DNA from: Octopus bimaculoides | Lineage: Eukaryota | Assembly (NCBI RefSeq): GCF_001194135.2 | Contig: NC_068991.1 | Span: forward strand, 25,028,556 to 25,072,507 | Length of the DNA stretch: 43,952 nt | Direction: 5' to 3' | In this document: in pieces, positions 11,690 through 25,350 of the stretch | How positions within the stretch are numbered: position 1 is the first letter of the stretch | Layout of the letters: each line of letters opens with the position of its first letter | Notes under the pieces: model-generated | Databases searched by the model: none | Told to the model about the DNA's origin: nothing | The model's input: the letters and a program-made list of their open reading frames with translations, nothing else | Made by a program: the position numbers and the translations under genes

Positions 11690-13531
11690 TTATAAATATA
11701 TATATATAGTTTTATATAGCTCTGTGACTGTATATTTATGAATAATCTTATATACCCCAGTGGCTGAGTGGTTTAGAAATTCACTTTGCAATCATGACAC
11801 CCTAAGTTCAATCTCATTATGTGGTATCTTGAGCAAGTGTTTTTTGCTATAGCCTTGGTTCAACCAAAGTCTTGTGAGTGAAAGTCCCTGGAAGCATGTC
11901 AAGTGGAGTATACCAGTAATTCAATGGGCCAGTCTTTTGGTGCTGTGTTATGCTGATTCTGGCTTACAATTGCATAAATGGGTGCAAATGTGTATGGAAT
12001 ATTCAGCCACATATAACTGAGAGAGTAGACAGATTCATTGATCAAAGAACATACTCATCATATGTTGAATCTAATGGAAGATATATATTCATATCCCAGA
12101 GATTAATTATAATCAACAATGTTTTGCATAAACATTTATCAATTAATATGTATTTTGGTGGTTGTGATTTTTATTCCTATGTATATATATATATATATAT
12201 ATCAATATATATAAGTTTAATGATCAGTTTGTGTGTATGTGATGCTTTGTATATATGTGTACTTCTATGCATATTTATACATTAATGCATGTGTTTGCAT
12301 CTTTATTGGTACATGTGTATATAAATGTGTGTGTGTATATAAAAGATTGTTTAGGCTTCGTATGACAGAGGTCTTAATCTGTGTATATAATGTTTACATG
12401 TTTATTTGTACTTGTATATGTGTTGTATGCAGATGTATGTATGTGTATGTACATATATATACACACATATACACGCACACATGAAATGTATAAGATTGTT
12501 GAGGTTTGTTAAGAGGTATGTTGAATTGTGCATAATCAAATACACTTCTATCAACTCACTCGCACACACTTTTATGTTGCACATTTTAGTTTATAGTGAT
12601 AATATCTGTTTATTTGAAGTTTTAGTTACTGATTGAGCAATTATCTAATTTCTTATGCTTCCTCCTTTCCCTCATCATCATCATCATCATCACTGCTGCC
12701 ACCACAACCACCTCCTGCTGTAGCAACAGCAGTAACCCTTTATATGTGGTTGAGGAGTCTTTTGTCGGCATTAGGTTAGTAATACTGATCCAGAATTTAA
12801 TGAGACTATATCAAATGTTGCCCATTGTCTGTTTGGGTACCTTAAAAGTGATCAGTACCATTTTGATTAATTGGAACCTGTTTACTGCTGATGAAGTTTG
12901 AAGTTCTTCAACAATTTGTTACATTTTCATTTAAATGCCTGATATAACTCTGGTGTATGATTTGAAGAATTTTATTGATTAGTCAGAGGAAGAAAGGTAG
13001 GACTATTGAGCTTATGAAGAATCAATAAAACTAATGCAGAGCAAGAGTGGCAGGAATTTCCTTTAGGTTTGAGACCTGGTCTGTGTGTCTGTAATGCAAT
13101 GGACTATGCTATAAGTACCCAAGTGGTGCTGTTGAACTGGGTGACAAATTCAATTTTACCATGTGACAACAAAATTCAATACAGTTTTCCTTTAATAATT
13201 TGCCCACTCACAAGGCATTAGTTAGTCTGAGATTTCTGGAAAAATCTCTTGGTCAAGAATCAGACACAGAGCTATGTGGTTGCAAAGTGAATTTGACTAC
13301 AATCATGCTTATTAACATTTAGCTATTTTCAAGCTCATAGACTAATAATCTTTCAAGATTGAATATGTGAATATCAGATGTGTTGTTCATAATATAACTT
13401 TTGTGATTAATTATGACTGTCTTTAGCGAAGAATGAAATATTATTTTATTATTACACCATCACAATATTTTAATATCGAACTGATGGAAAATAGTGTAGA
13501 TATAAAGATTAATTTAAAAAGCAAACTAATA

Positions 13532-13639
<108 letters not shown>

Positions 13640-14362
13640 NNNNNNNNNNNNNNNNNNNNNNNNNNNNNNNNNNNNNNNNNNNNNNNNNNNNNNNNNNNNN
13701 NNNNNNNNNNNNNNNNNNNNNNNNNNNNNNNNNNNNNNNATATATATATGTATATATATGTAGAACCATCGCTTCAAGAACCATCACTAACCTCTTTAAT
13801 ATGTCAAGCAATCGAAATATATGGTTTAAAACTAAAGGGAAAAATCTGGAGTAATGAGAAGATGCCCTTCATAAAGTTATGAATAATAACAAAAAAATGG
13901 TTTGACTGAATGATTGAATAGTTAATCAAGTGATTGGTTAATTGGTTAGTTAGTGAAATATACAAGCGGTGCATGTATATCTTATTGGCAAAAATAACCC
14001 TCCTTTACAACTGTTACAATGCAAGATTTCACATTAAAAATCTTGCAATAAACAAAGATGAAATCAAAACCTAAATAATATTTTGTAAAACTGTTATTTT
14101 ACTAATACCATAATTAATTAGCAAAGTGAAGTTTCTTCATAAACCACAAGAAGTTCATTATGCTAGTGTGTAAATACCAGCACACTGAGGCACAGGTGTA
14201 GTAGCTGTGTGGTTTGAGAAGTTTGCTTCCTAACCATATGGTCTTGGCTTCAGTTCCATTGTGCAGGCACTTTGGACAAATATCTTCTACTATTGCCCCA
14301 AGCTGATCAAAGCTTTGTGAATGGATTTTGTAGAAGGAAACTGAAAGACGCTCGTTATATAC

Positions 14363-14396
<34 letters not shown>

Positions 14397-15131
14397 ATGC
14401 GCACGTGTGTGTCTTTTCTTGTTTTGACATTACATTATAGTTGTAAATTAATCTCACTTTCATACAAGCATTGCCAACATTTCCAATATTTTACAAAAAT
14501 ATATCAGGCCACATGGAAATATTACTTTGCTGGAAAACAGGTGAAGGTTGGCAACAAGAAGGGCATCTGGCCATGAAAAAATTTGCCCCATGCAAGCATA
14601 GAAAAATGAATGCTAAATTTTCGATGATTATATAGTGAAAGTGAGACAAAGAGATGTGAACGAGAAAAGTGGGTGGAGCACAGATTCTAAAAGATATTCA
14701 AACCAGAAGATGTAGAAAATCATAAGAAGTGGCAGTTTCGGAACTAACGAGGGTTGAATTTCACAGAAGAACTAACACATTATTGAGAAGAGCAGTGATA
14801 TAATGCATCATTGTCACCTTTAGTACAGAGCATGTGTCCTGTTCTACTTGATAGGAAGTTTGTGAGTATCATGTCCAATCTTTGTGGTGTTGCACCCAGG
14901 CACAGTGAAATGCTTAAAGTGGATATAGACTTGAATCCATTGAATTCAGTGCTCAGTACTTTATACACTTGGTCATATGTATGTGTGTGTGTATTTACAT
15001 ACAAATGTATGTATATGGCAAGTAAATAGTAGCACAAATATATATGGGTTTATGTAATGATAATAGCTATGTATAATATACTTTGTAAAATGTATGTATA
15101 CTTCTACATAGATCTATGTTGTGTACATATA

Positions 15132-15167
<36 letters not shown>

Positions 15168-16344
15168 TTTGTATGTATATATGTATACATGGCACACACA
15201 CACTTGTATATTCAATCCCACTGTTCTGCACCTTGGGCAAGTGTCTTTTACTATAGCTGCAGGTCAACCAATGCCTTGTGAGTAGATTGGTGGATGAATA
15301 GTGTAAGAAGATCATTATGTATGTTTTTGTGTGTGTGCATGTGAGTTTGTTTGTATCTGCTATAACTTGTTTGAAAATTATAGTGAACAGTGGTGTTGTC
15401 AGTTTGTCTAGTCAGTTTATATCTTTGAAGCCATGTGAAATAAGGAATTCCTTACATGAAACAGAGGTAATGGCTAGAGTCAGGAAGAGCATCCAGCTGT
15501 AATCTCCACCCCAAAATACCTTCAATAACAATTCACTCAACCTCTGCAATCATGAAAAAAAAATCAGATGTAAAATGAATGGTTGAATGTGTACATGGTG
15601 GGAAGGTCATTAGATTGTAGCATCTGCTCTAGGGTAAACTTTTCTTGGAAAGCCTCCTTACATATTGATGTTAACCTTTAGCACATTGTGTTTGCTGTAG
15701 AATTGTTTCTCCTGCCACTGTCCTGTTACTACAGGGGAAAAAACATAATGCATCTACAGTGTGCTAAAGGTTAAGATGCAGGGACAACCTTAAATCTGAC
15801 TTAAGTAAAAGTTCAGAAATAATTGTAATCGGTAGAGCATCTTGGAGAAAAATATTCCTGAATGCATCCCTGTATTTTGTATGAAACACAAAATTTAAAT
15901 GAGCCATAACTAAAGGAAATCCCCTAGATATCAATAATCTCTTCAAATATTCCTCTTGTAAGGATAAATAGTTGTAACTGTTCCTCTGGGTCTTTCCTTG
16001 TAAATTGAACATATATGTATATATATATGCATTGTGTATTTTTTTTGTTTAGGTATAATGTTACACAAGTGACTCAAGCTCTGAAAGTTTTGTGCTTTGC
16101 AGTTAAGAAGTTTGTTAAGTGTGAAGTACTAAACTCTTAGAGCTTGTGTCACTTATGTAGTTTACTGCTAAATAAAAAGATATATTTACTCATGATTACA
16201 GAGTTTCATTTTTTATTTTTCTGCCACTGAAGAGATGTATGTGTGTATTGTGTATATAAATGGTTGTATTTCTATGTCAAGTTATATATAAAACAAAACT
16301 TAACTTTAAACTGAAGGATTATTCAATACTTTGAGTACATGTTT

Positions 16345-16478
16345 TATTAAACTTTTATAGGGAAAAAGCTGACGGTGATTTCAAAGTTTCAGCTTGCTTG
16401 CCTCCACCACACTTGTTAAAGACAAGCAAGCTGAAATTATGAAGTCACTTTCTACATTTTCCTTGAACAAGTTTAATA
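16345..16478 (+). repeat. Imperfect 56-bp-arm inverted repeat (hairpin / old TA-MITE)
   Basis: 16375-16400 pairs with 16423-16448 (25/26 allowing G-U); 16345-16354 pairs perfectly with 16469-16478; TA at both ends. Confidence 0.75.
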
Positions 16479-16789
16479 TTTATATGTGTGTGTGTGTGAG
16501 ATACTACAGCAGGTCTGTGTTGTGTGAAAATGGTAACTTAAACAATCATCAAAATATAAAATGATAAACTAAGTAATTACACAGGAAGAAGTACTGGAGT
16601 CATTATGGTTGACCAAAATCCCTTGATACTCTCACATGGCCACAGCTGGATGACTGAAAACTTTAAAGAATAAAAAAAAAGCAAAAACATACACAAACAG
16701 AGTTTGTTTATAGCTTTAAGAAATAATTCATGCTGTTTTTTTACATCTTGTTTTGCTACTATTTTTCTTTATTTCCCTTGATCTTGCAG

Positions 16790-16870
16790 TATGCATCAAA
16801 TGAACAACTCAGTTCATTTTGACTTCCCTGACAACTTTGGGGGGTACTGAATTCTACAGAGATCCTGCAG
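16790..16870 (+). other. Candidate alternative (terminal or poison) exon; phase-0 reading YASNEQLSSF* (stop 16820-16822)
   Basis: Very strong acceptor (atttttctttatttcccttgatcttgcag) and CAG|gtttga donor, but stops in all three frames. Confidence 0.3.
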
Positions 16871-17066
16871 GTTTGACCTTCTGCATTTGTATGCTGTTTT
16901 GCTGTTGCTGTCGCTTCTACTGTTGTTGTTGTTGTTGTTGCTCTTATTTAGCATGTACAATTTATGGGTTGTCAGTCAGTGTTGGATGTGTGATATGAAG
17001 GTGGGGGGGGGCAAAAGAATGATGGTTTTTTTATTTTGTGTGTCCTTGCATGTATTTGTATATGTG

Positions 17067-17245
17067 TTTAAAAATACACGTGTGTATATTGTATTTAAAA
17101 TGTGTATATGCATATATTGTATTTAAAAATATACAATATGTGCATATATTGTATTTAAAAATATGCAACATGTATAAGTGTTGTATGTAAAAATATACAG
17201 CATGTGTATATGCTCTATTTAAAAATATATATTTGTATATATTTT
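17067..17245. repeat. Degenerate about 30-bp minisatellite
   Basis: About six units of tttaaaaatat...atattgta. Confidence 0.6.
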
Positions 17246-20200
17246 ACCTAAACATATCAACATATTTGTATGTTTTACAAATACAATGTGTTTATATCAA
17301 TTTAAACTTGCACAGATTTAATGACAAATTAACCATTAATTACTAAGAGTTAGGTGATAGTAATTAGTAATTTATAATATTCTTTCTGATAAACTACATT
17401 TATTTTTTTTCTCTCCTAATAAAAATAAAATTAAGAAAACAAATAGTTTAACAATTTAGCCTTTAAACCTACCATATCCGGCCCAAATATTCTGCCTGTT
17501 TTATATCGAAGCTAGCTAAATCCAGCCTCTCACTCCTACCCTACAATGTTAATCTAAAAATAAACAGTCACATCCTCAAAATTTCAAAGCTACAGGATTA
17601 TTCATTATTAATTTTTTAAAAATGCAAATAAATAAACATCACTTTTGGCAAAGTAAACTAAATGTCAAATGTCAGTCATTTTAGAAAAAACTGTGAAAGT
17701 ACACATTTGTCACAAATACTGTACACCCGTGTACTATTTTGTGATATTTTTATATACTTTAAAACAAATAAAGCAGTTGGTGGTGTAAAACTAAGTTTGT
17801 TGTACTTAGATGGTGTACAGGTTTTGTATGTTTGTTATATACTTACTTTGCTTCATTTTTGTTTGTTTTTCCATGCAAGCATTTGTTAGATCCATATATT
17901 ATGGAGGCATTGTTTTACAGCTGGATGTTCTTCCTGTCATTAACCCTACTAGATTATGAAATGAAGAATCTTTTATTTCACATGCCTTTGAGGGAACAAA
18001 GTGAGTGGATTTTTTGAACAGAAGTGAAAGCAACAGCACTACTCATAGCAAGTGCCTTTAGTAGAATACAAACAAACACACATACACACATTTATATATA
18101 AAATGTTACCTTCTATGAAACTCACAAGACTTTGGTCTGTAGAAGACACTTGCCCAAAGTGGCATGCGATGGGATTGAACCTGAAGCCACATAGTTGAGA
18201 AGTGAACTTGATCACACTGCCATTTATGAGAATAATAGAGGTGGAGGTGTGAAGAGGTACAATGTTTGTAAAGTTAAGACACTAAGCTGTTGGTTTCAAG
18301 ATCAAGTAATATGTCAGATATTGTGTTTTGACCGGAACAAGACAGTTTACTTCGCTCAGCTGGCTTCACCCCTTTCCCCATCTAAGGATATGTTCAGCAT
18401 GAAAAAAAGACATTTCTGCTTGTGCTTCATGAATTAACACCTGGAAGGGTATATAGCTGTTAAAACAATTGTACTCATTCTCACAAAAACGTGAAAAATA
18501 CACTCAAGAAAGCATGAATACATAAATTCAAAACAAACAATGTGTGTGTGTGTGTATACACACACACACACACACACACATACATGCACACACACACACA
18601 CACACGCACACATATATATATGCACACACAAGCACTTATCTCTTTATTTTTAGCCTTGAATGTTTAATTTGTGTGTGTGTATAGTATATATATATATATA
18701 TATATATATCTATATATATATATATATATATNNNNNNNNNNNNNNNNNNNNNNNNNNNNNNNNNNNNNNNNNNNNNNNNNNNNNNNNNNNNNNNNNNNNN
18801 NNNNNNNNNNNNNNNNNNNNNNNNNNNNNNNNNNNNNNNNNNNNNNNNNNNNNNNNNNNNNNNNNNNNNNNNNNNNNNNNNNNNNNNNNNNNNNNNNNNN
18901 NNNNNNNNNNNNNNNNNNNNNNNNNNNNNNNNNNNNNNNNNNNNNNNNNNNNNNNNNNNNNNNNNNNNNNNNNNNNNNNNNNNNNNNNACAAGTTCAAAT
19001 GAAGCTGTTTCTGACCACTTAGAATAAAGAATTCAAAGATAATTCTGACAATGAATAATATATTTAATCCATAATGATTTGTCTGGCAAAATACATATTG
19101 TCAGACTAATGATCATGGATTATATGTGTGTGTGTGTGTATGTGTATATATATATATATATATATGTATGTACGTATATATTTGACATAAAGTGGAAACT
19201 GTGAATCACTTTGACTTTGAAGCTAAGGTTTTGATTTCAGCCCAAGAATTAGAGTACAATATAATAAAAGTATATAAAAATAAGGACAGAGGCATTGTCA
19301 CAATAGGGAGGGTATGTTATGATGCTTCAGTTTGTGTAGCTGTAAAATGATGCATTATTGGATAACATTTAAGGAAGTATTCACCTCCAAATACGTTTAT
19401 TATTTACCTATTTATTGATTAAAAAGTTTGATTCTCCCTCACAGTGTTCCAGGTTTGATCCCATTTGTATGTCAATTTGGGTAAGTGACATCTACTATAA
19501 CCTTGGCTTGACCAAAGCTTCATTTAGTCAAATTCATTAAGATGGAGTTTGTGCAGAAGCCTTGTACTTCACTGGCATAGTTTTGTCATACACAGTTTCA
19601 TGCTGGCTCTGCCTAAGAATTATCTTAATGGTACTATTAAGAAGTGTCTTTGCCAAGGTCTCAAAGTTGTATTGGTGATGGGATTCAAACAGACATTTGG
19701 CCCTTTTTGTCCTACATTTGTGCCCACTTGTTATTTTCAACAAACATAAAGCATAAGAAATAATAAAAGCATAACAAAAGATTGTAATACGTATATTTAA
19801 AAATAAAGTATAAAAAAAAACAATATGTTGCATAATAAAAATAAATAGTGAAAAACAAAGCATAAAAAGGAAACAGCTCAAATAAATATTTTCATGTTTT
19901 GACTAAAATGTAGAAGTTAATATCATTTTCATGCTGGATCAATTAAAGCTAAGTAATCAATTCTGGTCTGATATTTTCTCAAAATTAAACTTATTGAGTG
20001 TTCAGTTAAACAGCATACATTGTTTGGCTTCAGTTTGTTTATTTTTATTTGTTTTGATATTTTCTGCTCCATTTAATTTTAAAATAAATTTTATTGTAAA
20101 TTTCTCTAATTTGCTAAGCTTTTATGATTGTTTTAATAATTCTAGAAATAAATCTAGTTTGACATTATATATGTGTGTGTATATGCGTGTGAGTTTAATG

Positions 20201-20758
20201 CTTATAACTTCAGACTGGAGTGAAATGTAATGAAGTGAAAATGTATTCTGTAGAGTTAAATAATGTTGCATTATAAAGTTAAGTCTGAGAATCAGAAAAG
20301 AAAAACAAGCAAATATTAATTCAAACAAACTCAGGTGTTTTAGTTAATTGTTATAAAAAAACAAGAAAATTCCAGCAAAGCTGCATGATAGTGGTGTCAG
20401 ATGTGGCATGCAAACCGTCATGTAACTTGTTTGACATTCTTCTCTTCCGTTATATTTTGACATGCACATTGCATTTTTATACTTTTCTTCCATTTTACGA
20501 ATTCAGTGTGCACATGCGCATTGCATGTTCATTCTTCTTTTTCCAGTTCCTACTCAAAACTGTTTACAGATCACAACCATTGCTTCACTTTCCAATGGTT
20601 GTGAAACAAAAAAAATCTTCACACACATGCATATATGTATATAATATGATTCCAAGCTAGTATCCAGAAATTCGGACACAGTAGCCTTCAGCTCACTTTT
20701 GCCATAGTTGAAGTGAAAGAAAGTACAGAACTAATTAGAAACACTAACCATATATATA

Positions 20759-20797
<39 letters not shown>

Positions 20798-20827
20798 TTA
20801 CACACAGGCATGCATGTATGTGCACGT

Positions 20828-20875
<48 letters not shown>

Positions 20876-20889
20876 ACTAAAAAAAAAGT

Positions 20890-21640
20890 AAATATTGATC
20901 GTGACTTTGGAGTTTCTGTTCAGCAGCCGCAATGAATGGTATATAGTTTGGCTCATTCTGGTTTTATATAGTATTTGATAGAGTGATCCTTTGGTAGGTG
21001 TAGAAATGTGAATGAGAATTAGCAGTGATGTGGGTAGACAAGGAAAGTGGTTGTAAAAAAGTAAGAATGAGGAATGGAGAAGGATAGGCAGGGAGAACAG
21101 ATGGGAAAGTGGCTGATGATTTTAGTTGGAGGGATGAGGTATGGTAGACAGAAGAGGATTGGGTAGTATGGCAGCGGGAAGAGATTAATGACAAGGTTGG
21201 GAAAAAGAGAGGAATAGAGTTGAAAAAGTGATAGGATAGGTTGTGTAAGGGGTATCTAGGGCTAACTAACATCATGAGAGGTGAATATGGACTGAAGGTA
21301 TGAGGGAATGGGGACAGGAGGGAGCTACAGATTGAGGTAGTGAGTAATACTCAGTGAGTCTTTGAAGGAAAGAGAGATGTTAGGGGCAGGAGGTGGGGAA
21401 GAGTTTGAGTCTGAAAAATACTATTAGTTGTAGGATGAAGAAAAGCATCAGTGCGTGATGAAAGCATCAAAGATGGTGTGCAGGGGAACAGTGAGTGCAG
21501 CAATTAAATGGAAGGTTTGAAGGCAGAGATGTAAGGACAGGTAACTTTGGATAGTGTGTGCTGAAAATGATGAGGAGTTAGGAGTCCTGGAAGGCACATG
21601 TAAGGTGATAGGCAGTAAGTTAGGCTTGGTGGAGAGTAGT
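20890..21640 (-). mobile_element. Very degraded Penelope-like RT remnant
   Basis: Purine-skewed block; minus-strand fragments FKDSLSITHYLN, IFTSHDVS, NQNEPNYIPFIAAAEQKL in the order of PLE RT motifs. Confidence 0.35.
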
Positions 21641-23887
21641 ATACACACATATCTACACAAATATACATGCATTGACATATATACACACGTTTCAACTCCT
21701 TACTCACTGCCAATTATGTTAGGGTGCATTTTTCTATAGCTGGATGGGTCTTCTGTAGCACAGCATATCACCAGTCTGTGCAGCCTTTTATCATCACCTC
21801 TAGAGATGCAGCATCTTCAGGTCAGCCTGTTATCCCATGGCCCCTTGGTCTTCCTCCTCTACTAGTTCTACTGACTTGCAGTGCTTGGCTCTTTTGTATG
21901 CATCATTCATCTCCCTTATTCATCAAACAGAAATGTATATAAACACTCATCAGTGTATGCAACTGAAACCGTATTCAATTGATGTAGCCATCTATGTATC
22001 ATACATACACAGTTGAAAGGCATATATACTTAACGTATATACAGTTCATTTAAACCTGTCGGTGACACAGTCCCATGTCACTGATACATTTAAATGAATG
22101 CTTTTTCTCTTCTACTCCTTCACCTTTTCTTAATTCCTAAACTCTTTCTTATTCTTCAACTTGTCTTTCTCTCCTCATCTTTTCCCTTCATCTCACTCTT
22201 GACTTTGCCTGCTTCTTGTCATCTCATTACATTTTTTCCCCTTCCTCCTCACACTTTCTGTTACCACTTCTTGTTCACATATGAAGCTCATGTGGTCCTG
22301 AATTTCTGATCAGATGTAGCCATTTTTCTTTTAAGATGTAAAATTCTGCTGTCAGCCTTTAATTTCTCTCCTTTCAACTTTGTCCCCGAGGAAGGACTGT
22401 ATCCAAGACATTCGATTTTTCACACCTTGCAACAAGTTCACCGTACCCTTTTTATCAATTTTATTACATAATATAGGTCTTGCTGACACAGAACAACACC
22501 ATCCTCATTGGAGTCTGAATATATATATTTTTTTCATTGTGTGTGTGAGTGTATGCCTATATATATTTTTAAATGTGTGTATATGTCTATATATATAAAC
22601 ATGTATCTGTCTATATGTATGTATATTTATGTCTATGTCTTTATATATATATAGTAGCTGTGTGTTTCTATACACTTGTACACACTTTTTTGTTTTGTTT
22701 TGTTTTGTTTTGTTTACTTTTGTAAAATATAAAAGCAACTTAATAATCATAAATTAAATGAAAATAAAAATAAAATTACTTAAAACAAAATCAGATTAAA
22801 AACTATAACAAAGAATCTACATAGATGTATTTATTGCCATGATACTATATATGTAATGGCTATAAGCATCATTCAAGTTAAATTCTTAATGTTTTTCTTC
22901 TTTCCAAATATTAACATTTTTTTTTATTTCTTTTCTAAAGATTATCAAAAAATATGTTCTTTTAAATCATATTTTATATTCATATTTGAAAAATAAAATA
23001 GACCTTTAAACTTGATGAAATATTATTGTTAACACTTTTTGAAAAAAATAAAACAATGTATATATGAATATTTAATGTAGTTATGTCCCTTTATATTTTG
23101 GGTTTAAAAGAAATCCTACTGGGGTTGGTTTTGTCTTATACTCTGGTTGCAGTGGAAGGTGATTTTAAAACAAGGACCTGTCAAGAGCAGGATGGTTTGA
23201 TTTTGTAAAGCAGACCTGTCCCCGACAGCAGAAGTGTTAAGGTTGCATTCCTTGATGAAGAGGACTGGCCTGCAAAGTCCTGTGCCAGGGTCACATGAAA
23301 AGCACTTGTGCTGGTGCCATGTAAAAGTGCTTGTGCTATGTCAAAAGTGCTTGTGTTGGTACTGCATTAAAAGCACTGAGCACACACTGTAAAGTGTTTG
23401 GCATTAGAAAGGGTATCCAGCTATACAAACGAAGCCCAATTAGACTGGAACCTGGTGCAGCTCTCCAGCTTGCCAACTCTGGTCAAACAATCCAAACCAT
23501 GCCAGCATGGAAAATAGATGTTAAAGGATGATGACGATGCCCTTTTTAGACACTAAATGATCAGACTTCATTCCAGTGTGAAGTTTAATGGTGCCACCTA
23601 ATTGTAAACATTTCAGTCAAATTAATCAAAGTCAATGGTTAACATCAACATTAAACTTGCTAATACAGATATTTCCATAACATTTTATGTTAAACAATAA
23701 TCAGAAGCCAAAAAAAAGAAAAAAACCCATAAAAAGCAATGTTCAATTGAATTGTATAGATGGTATTTTTAGTTNNNNNNNNNNNNNNNNNNNNNNNNNN
23801 NNNNNNNNNNNNNNNNNNNNNNNNNNNNNNNNNNNNNNNNNNNNNNNNNNNNNNNNNNNNNNNNNNNNNNNNNNTATATATCTTTTA

Positions 23888-24066
23888 CCCATTAGCATTT
23901 AAACTGGCCATATCTGGCCCAAATATTCTACCTGTTATATGTTTAAACTGGCCAGATTTAGCCTATAAACACACACATCCTTGAAATTTCAAAGCTACAG
24001 GATTAATTTTTTAAAATGTGAATAAATAAGCAATACATTTAACAAAGAAATCTGAATGCTAAAGGA
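23888..24066. mobile_element. piggyBac-type MITE (decayed TTAA flanks)
   Basis: ttta-CCCATTAGCATT ... AATGCTAAAGGA-ttac; a second decayed copy at about 17450-17650. Confidence 0.6.
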
Positions 24067-24159
24067 TTACGGCCACATTATTTAGTATATCCTTTCTTTG
24101 TGAGAGTTCATTTTAAAATTTCATTTATGAATGAGTCTGCAACAACAACCACAATAATG

Positions 24160-25350
24160 ATAATCCTTTCTACTGGCAGGCTGAAGGCCTGGGGAAGGAG
24201 TAAATTGATTACATCAACCTCAGTGCTCAACTGGTTCTTATTTTACTGACACTAAAAGAATGAAAGGTAAAGTTAACCTTGGCAGAATTTAAAATGATAA
24301 TTTAAAGCTGGAAGAAATGCTGTGAAGCATTCTGTCCAGTGTGTTAACTATTCCTTGCCAACATACTGCCTTAATAATAATAAATCCTTTCTACTCTTGG
24401 CACAAAGCCTGGGGAAGGAGTAAATTAATTACATCAAAACCCTAGTGCTCAACTGGTAGTCATTTTATTGACACCAAACAGATGAAAGGCAAAATTTACC
24501 TTGGCAAAATTTACCTTGGCAAAATTTGAACTTAGAATGTAATGAACTGAAAGAAATGCCTCTAAACATTTTGTCCATGGTGCTAATGATTCTGCCTGCT
24601 CATCACCTTGTTGGTGATGATAATAGTAATATTTTTTCTACTATAAACACAAGGCCTGAAATTTTGGGTGGGAGGAGGGGAGCTAGTTGGTTATATTGTC
24701 CCCAGTGCTTGAGTGGTACCCATGTTATTGACCCCGAAAAGATGAAAGGCGAAGTTGACTTTGGCAGAATTCAAAATCAAAATGTAAAACTGGAAGAAAT
24801 GTTGTGAAGCATCTTGTCCAGTGTGCTAACAATTCTGCCATCACACAGTCTTAATAATAATAATAATAATAATAAATTCTTTCTACTGTGGGAACCAGGC
24901 CTCAAATTGTGCTTAACTGTTATTTTATTGACCCAAAAGGAGTGAAAGTCCAAATCAACCTTGACAGAATTTGAACTCAAAATGCTAAGCATTTTGTTTG
25001 AGGTGCTGATGATTCTGTCAGAACCCTGTAAATCATGAATTATTTTGACTATAAAATAAGCAAGTGCCTTCACTCTTTATGATATCATTTGGCATATTAT
25101 TACTATTATTATTGTTATCATCATCCTCATCATTATTATTATTAAAATGGCGTATTGGCAATATCATTATCATGCTGAACAAAATTCTTAGTGGCATTTC
25201 TTCCACCTCTTTATGCTCTGAGTTCAAATGTTGCTGAAGTTAACTTTGCCTTTCATTCTTCTGGGGTCAATAAAACAAGTATTAGTTGAGCCCTGGGGTT
25301 TATGTAAGCGACTAGTCCTTTTCTCCAAAATTTCAGGTGTTGTGCCTATA
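24160..25350. repeat. Cluster of four tandem + strand copies and one inverted copy of a SINE-like unit
   Basis: Recurrent tattttattgaccc..aaaggatgaaaggcaaagtt.accttggcagaattt units separated by (AAT)n; reverse copy at about 25170-25350. Confidence 0.75.

Noticed and set aside
16053-16180. Acceptor ttttgtttag followed by GTA TAA and AATAAA
   Set aside because: Could be a V* terminal exon but is indistinguishable from chance in AT-rich DNA.
20548-20598. Strong acceptor ttcttctttttccag with open frames
   Set aside because: Only a weak gttgtg donor and no recognisable peptide.
24160-25030. Regularly spaced repeats resembling a CRISPR array
   Set aside because: Units are about 200-bp diverged SINE-like copies in eukaryotic DNA, with no unique spacers or cas genes.
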